Shown: piece after piece, positions 60,144 to 64,000 of the stretch
Position numbering within the stretch: the first letter of the stretch is position 1
How the letters are laid out: the number at the start of each line of letters is the position of its first letter
DNA from: Neptunomonas sp.
GTDB taxonomy: Bacteria > Pseudomonadota > Gammaproteobacteria > Pseudomonadales > Balneatricaceae
Reading direction: 5' to 3'
Assembly (NCBI RefSeq): GCF_016744175.1
Contig: NZ_JADGEV010000013.1
Span: forward strand, 25,077 to 89,076
DNA: 64,000 nt
Made by a program: the position numbers and the translations under genes
The notes under the pieces: model-generated
Database searches by the model: none
Told to the model about the DNA's origin: nothing
What the model saw: only the letters and a program-made list of their open reading frames with translations

Positions 60144-62024
60144 ATGGCATTACTACAAATAGCCGAACCTGGTCAGAGTTCTCTACCGCATCAGCACCGA
60201 TTGGCTGTAGGTATAGATCTAGGCACGACCAATTCATTAGTCGCTTCTGTGCGTAGTGGCGAATCTACTACACTACCTGATCATGATGGTAGGCATCTAT
60301 TACCTTCTGTTGTTCGTTATGTGGAGTCTGGTGACGCGATTGTTGGTTCTAGTGCAAGAGAGTTTGCATCTTCTGACGCCTACAACACAATAGTGTCTGT
60401 AAAGCGTTTGATGGGGCGTGGAATTAAAGATGTGGCTGCTTTTGGTGAAGTGCTTCCTTACGAGTTTGAGGAAGATCAAGGCGGCATGCCGTTTATTAAA
60501 ACGGTGGCAGGATCTAAAAGCCCGGTTGAGGTATCAGCCGATATTCTACGTGTATTGGTTAAGCGTGCAGAAGATACGCTTCAGGGCGAATTGGTGGGTG
60601 CTGTTATTACTGTGCCAGCTTATTTTGATGATGCTCAGCGCCAGGCGACAAAAGATGCGGCAATTTTGGCAAATATTAAAGTGCTGCGCTTGCTAAGCGA
60701 GCCAACAGCTGCTGCTGTTGCTTACGGCCTTGATCAAAAAGATGAAGGTGTCATTCTTGTTTATGATTTAGGTGGTGGAACCTTTGATGTCTCAGTTCTT
60801 CGCTTGAATAAAGGTGTTTTCGAGGTGCTGGCTACTGGAGGCGATAGTGCCTTGGGCGGCGACGATTTGGATAGAGCTCTAGCTGAGTGGTTGGCGATTC
60901 AAGCAGATGTGACAATGACCATGACGGCTAGTCTTTCTCGTCAGCTCATGGAGCAGGCGCGTGAAGCTAAAGAACAGCTTACGTCAAGTGATCAGGCTTG
61001 GGTTAATTTGCAGCTTGCTGGAAAAGAAGTTTCAGTGACTGTGTCTAGGTCGCAGTTTGAAGAGCTGGTTTCCAAGCTGGTTGATAAAACAGTGCGCGCC
61101 TGTAAGCGTGTAGTAAGAGATGCGGGTATTGCTTTAGATGATGTGAATGACATTGTCATGGTGGGTGGCTCAACCCGTGTGCCTTTAGTGCGTGAGCGTG
61201 TAGCTTCACTGTTTGGGCGCCCACTACATGTTGATATCGACCCTGATAGAGTGGTTGCTATCGGTGCAGCTATTCAGGCTGATGTTTTAGCAGGAAATAA
61301 GCCTGACTCAGAAATGCTATTGCTGGATGTTATACCGCTTTCTCTTGGTTTAGAAACCATGGGTGGGCTGGTTGAGAAAGTAATTCACAGAAATACAGCG
61401 ATTCCGGTAGCGAGAGCACAAGAATTTACAACCTACCAAGATGGTCAGACAGCAATGGCTGTGCATATCTTGCAGGGTGAGCGCGAATTAGTTGAAGATT
61501 GTCGCTCATTAGCGCGTTTTGTATTGCAAGGGATACCTTCTATGGTAGCCGGTGCCGCTAAAATTAGAGTGACTTTCCAGGTAGATGCAGACGGTCTGTT
61601 GAGTGTTGAGGCAAAAGAGCTGTCCACCGGTGTTGAAAGTAGTATTCAAGTTAAGCCTTCATATGGACTCAGTGATACGCAGATTGCTGAGATGTTGAAG
61701 GCATCTTATTCATCGGCTGAAGAAGATAAGCAAAAACGTTTGTTGCGCGAGCAGAAAGTGGATGCTGATAGATTAATAGGTGCGCTTGAGCAAGCGATGC
61801 TAACTGATGGGCAGGCTTTATTGACCGAAGGCGAACGTAGTAGCTTAGAGACTGAAATTCTTGTGTTAAAAGGTGTTCGTAACGGTTCGAATGCGCGCGA
61901 GATTGAGTTGGGTGTTGAGCATTTAGCTAAAGCGAGTGATGAGTTTGCATCACGCAGAATGGATTTAAATATTCAGCGTGCGTTGCAGGGGCATAGTATT
62001 CAGGAAATTGAGGAGATTACATAA
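60144..62024 (+). CDS. hscA: Fe-S chaperone HscA (Hsp70 family)
   Basis: [22 protein letters not shown]. 626 aa. Confidence 0.97.
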   Translation: MALLQIAEPGQSSLPHQHRLAVGIDLGTTNSLVASVRSGESTTLPDHDGRHLLPSVVRYVESGDAIVGSSAREFASSDAYNTIVSVKRLMGRGIKDVAAFGEVLPYEFEEDQGGMPFIKTVAGSKSPVEVSADILRVLVKRAEDTLQGELVGAVITVPAYFDDAQRQATKDAAILANIKVLRLLSEPTAAAVAYGLDQKDEGVILVYDLGGGTFDVSVLRLNKGVFEVLATGGDSALGGDDLDRALAEWLAIQADVTMTMTASLSRQLMEQAREAKEQLTSSDQAWVNLQLAGKEVSVTVSRSQFEELVSKLVDKTVRACKRVVRDAGIALDDVNDIVMVGGSTRVPLVRERVASLFGRPLHVDIDPDRVVAIGAAIQADVLAGNKPDSEMLLLDVIPLSLGLETMGGLVEKVIHRNTAIPVARAQEFTTYQDGQTAMAVHILQGERELVEDCRSLARFVLQGIPSMVAGAAKIRVTFQVDADGLLSVEAKELSTGVESSIQVKPSYGLSDTQIAEMLKASYSSAEEDKQKRLLREQKVDADRLIGALEQAMLTDGQALLTEGERSSLETEILVLKGVRNGSNAREIELGVEHLAKASDEFASRRMDLNIQRALQGHSIQEIEEIT

Positions 62025-62363
62025 GTGCCGCAAATAATTTTTCTACCCCATGAAGATTTGTGTCCCGATGGTAAAGTAATTGATGTAGAGTCAGGCGTGA
62101 CCGTTTGTGATGCGGCATTGGCTAATGGCATTGAGATTGAGCATGCGTGCGAAAAGTCTTGTGCTTGCACGACATGTCATGTCTTGATTAGAGAAGGTTT
62201 TGATTCGCTTGAAGAGTCTGATGAGCTTGAAGACGACATGCTTGATAAGGCTTGGGGGTTAGAGCCGGAATCGCGCTTGAGTTGTCAGTCAAGTGTCGGG
62301 GATAAAGATTTAGTGGTAGAGATACCTCGTTATACGATTAACCAGGTGTCAGAGCGTCATTAA
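62025..62363 (+). CDS. fdx: [2Fe-2S] ferredoxin of the isc operon
   Basis: C-X5-C-X2-C...C pattern (ACEKSCACTTCHV ... SRLSCQ). GTG start directly after the hscA stop. Confidence 0.95.
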   Translation: MPQIIFLPHEDLCPDGKVIDVESGVTVCDAALANGIEIEHACEKSCACTTCHVLIREGFDSLEESDELEDDMLDKAWGLEPESRLSCQSSVGDKDLVVEIPRYTINQVSERH

Positions 62364-62374
62364 AGAGAGGGTGT

Positions 62375-62575
62375 ATGAGTCTTAAGTGGGTTGATGTACT
62401 CGACATTGCAATTGAGTTGGTAGAGAAGCATTCAGATGTGGATCCGTTGAAAATAAGCTTTCCGGACCTTTACCAAAAAGTAATGGATCTTGATGAATTT
62501 GATGATGATCCTGATCGCTGTGGGGAGAAAATTCTTGAAGCGATACAGATGGCCTGGATAGAAGAGCAGGACTAA
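62375..62575 (+). CDS. iscX: Fe-S assembly protein IscX
   Basis: 66 aa. LKW.D...I...L......DP....F.DL......L..FDDDP pattern, as in E. coli IscX. Confidence 0.92.
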   Translation: MSLKWVDVLDIAIELVEKHSDVDPLKISFPDLYQKVMDLDEFDDDPDRCGEKILEAIQMAWIEEQD

Positions 62576-62580
62576 TTATA

Positions 62581-62614
62581 AAACAGCCCGGTTTATACCG
62601 GGCTGTTTCTTTTG
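62581..62614 (+). terminator. Rho-independent terminator of the isc operon
   Basis: cagcccgg-tttata-ccgggctg followed by tttcttttg. Confidence 0.85.
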
Positions 62615-62689
62615 TAGTCTGTTGTGGCATGTGATCAGCTTCGCGTATAATGTCGCGTTTTTCAGAAATATCCTTAGGGGAAAGTACAA

Positions 62690-63097
62690 ATGGCTATCGA
62701 ACGCACACTATCAATTATCAAGCCTGATGCCGTGGCTAAAAATGTTATTGGTCAAATTGAATCTCGTTTTGAAAATGCAGGTCTTAAAATTGTAGAAATG
62801 CAGCTTAAGCAACTAAGTAAAGAAGAAGCAGAAGGTTTTTATGCTGAGCATAAAGAGCGTCCTTTCTTTGGTGACTTGGTTAGCTTCATGATTTCTGGTC
62901 CTGTTGTTGTTCAGGCGCTTGAAGGTGAAAATGCAATTTTGACAAATCGTGATCTGATGGGTGCGACTAATCCTAAAGAAGCGGCTGCAGGAACAATTCG
63001 TGCTGATTTCGCTGAGTCTATCGACGCGAATGCTGTACACGGTTCTGACTCTGCTGCTTCTGCAGCACGCGAAATTGCTTACTTCTTCGGTAAGTAA
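62690..63097 (+). CDS. ndk: nucleoside diphosphate kinase
   Basis: [15 protein letters not shown] start and NAVHGSDS active-site His. Ends at YFFGK, which is shorter than E. coli Ndk at the C-terminus. Confidence 0.97.
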   Translation: MAIERTLSIIKPDAVAKNVIGQIESRFENAGLKIVEMQLKQLSKEEAEGFYAEHKERPFFGDLVSFMISGPVVVQALEGENAILTNRDLMGATNPKEAAAGTIRADFAESIDANAVHGSDSAASAAREIAYFFGK

Positions 63098-63158
63098 TTA
63101 TTGCTAGCATGCAGGGGAGAGCTCTCTTCTGCATGTACTTAAATTTATAGGTGTAATA

Positions 63159-64000
63159 ATGACTGAGTCCATTCCCAAAACTAATCTATTAGGGATGTCT
63201 CCTGAAAAGCTGGAAGCTTTCTTCGCTGAACTGGGTGAAAAACGCTTTCGTGCAACTCAGGTACTAAAATGGATGCATCAGCTTGGCGCTGAAACTTTTG
63301 ATGATATGACAAATATCAGTAAATCGTTACGCGTGAAACTGAATCAGGTTGCTGAAATTCGTGAACCTGAAGTTGTTATGCATGATGTATCTAAGGATGG
63401 CACGCGCAAGTGGGTTATTCGTGTTGATGGTGGTTCGTGCGTTGAAAGTGTCTTGATTCCTGAAGGGGATAGAGCAACGTTATGTATCTCATCACAGGTT
63501 GGCTGTGCTCTCGATTGTAGCTTTTGCTCAACGGGTAAGCAGGGGTTTAATCGAAACCTAACTGCATCGGAAATTATTGGGCAAGTACGTATTGCTATTA
63601 AGTCTTTTGGTCCTATGGATCCTGCTCAGCCTCGACGTGTGACTAACGTTGTCTTTATGGGGATGGGTGAGCCATTGATGAACTTTGACAATGTTGTCAG
63701 TGCTATAAAGCTAATGATGGAAGATAATGCTTACGGGCTTTCTAAGCGCCGCGTTACGTTAAGTACGGCGGGTGTGGTGCCGGGCATTGATAAGTTAATA
63801 GAAGAGACGGATGTTTCTTTGGCAATATCATTACATGCGCCAAATGATGAGTTAAGAAATCAACTGGTACCTATTAATAAGCGTTACCCAATTGAAGAGC
63901 TGATAGCCGCTTGTAATCGTTATCTAGAGAGACTTAATGACAGGCGAGTTATTACCGTAGAGTATACATTGATGGCGGGCGTAAATGATCAGCCTTCTCA
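63159..64000 (+). CDS. rlmN: 23S rRNA/tRNA m2A methyltransferase RlmN (5' partial, continues beyond the window)
   Basis: Not in the ORF track because there is no stop inside the window. My translation gives [40 protein letters not shown]... and the radical-SAM [11 protein letters not shown] motif. ndk-rlmN order as in Pseudomonas. Confidence 0.9.
   Translation, partial: MTESIPKTNLLGMSPEKLEAFFAELGEKRFRATQVLKWMHQLGAETFDDMTNISKSLRVKLNQVAEIREPEVVMHDVSKDGTRKWVIRVDGGSCVESVLIPEGDRATLCISSQVGCALDCSFCSTGKQGFNRNLTASEIIGQVRIAIKSFGPMDPAQPRRVTNVVFMGMGEPLMNFDNVVSAIKLMMEDNAYGLSKRRVTLSTAGVVPGIDKLIEETDVSLAISLHAPNDELRNQLVPINKRYPIEELIAACNRYLERLNDRRVITVEYTLMAGVNDQPS

Noticed and set aside
63108-63135. A stem-loop (catgcag ... 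ctgcatg) follows ndk.
   Set aside because: No T tract follows it and rlmN starts 24 nt later. It may simply be an intercistronic structure.

Overview
The window is a chromosomal segment of a gammaproteobacterium, probably marine, at roughly mid-40s % G+C by eye. Its housekeeping gene order closely follows E. coli and Pseudomonas. About 66 protein-coding genes can be supported. I saw no rRNA, tRNA, CRISPR array, integrase, transposase or phage genes. Left part (1-19.3 kb): a YeeE-family sulfur transporter, a Sel1-repeat protein, gloA, a phasin, flavodoxin, a small SpoT-like HD hydrolase, nhaD plus cytochrome b561, prfB-lysS, ung, a TetR plus ABC1-kinase pair, ygfZ, rhodanese-psd, an HDOD protein, and rsgA/orn. 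Centre (19.4-41.1 kb): a complete cd1-type nitrite/nitric-oxide respiration cluster. It runs dnr, nirE, nirCFDLGHJN, an amicyanin-like cupredoxin, nirS, a NirT-type tetrahaem cytochrome fused to a second haem domain, norE and a small membrane protein, and norCBQD. A 3.8-kb wedge interrupts it, carrying a CHASE4-PAS-GGDEF gene, an EamA transporter and a LysR regulator. Right part (41.1-64 kb): queG, nnr, tsaE, amiB, mutL, miaA, hfq, hflXKC, yjeT, hisZ, purA, suhB, trmJ, iscRSUA-hscBA-fdx-iscX, ndk, and the 5' part of rlmN. Five observations deserve a second look. (1) The ~21.7-kb denitrification block sits exactly at the orn|queG junction, which is contiguous in E. coli and P. aeruginosa, and shows no mobility scars. 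(2) The NirT fusion cytochrome has 4 canonical CXXCH sites, then CVTCH and CWGSCH in a roughly 320-aa C-terminal domain. (3) A sensor diguanylate cyclase is split by a single in-frame TGA inside its PAS domain. (4) An unusually small amicyanin-like cupredoxin lies where nirM is usually found. (5) FNR/Dnr boxes give a coherent set of candidate promoters in front of nirS, nirC/nirE and norC. All functional calls rest on motif and family recognition by eye. No database search was run.
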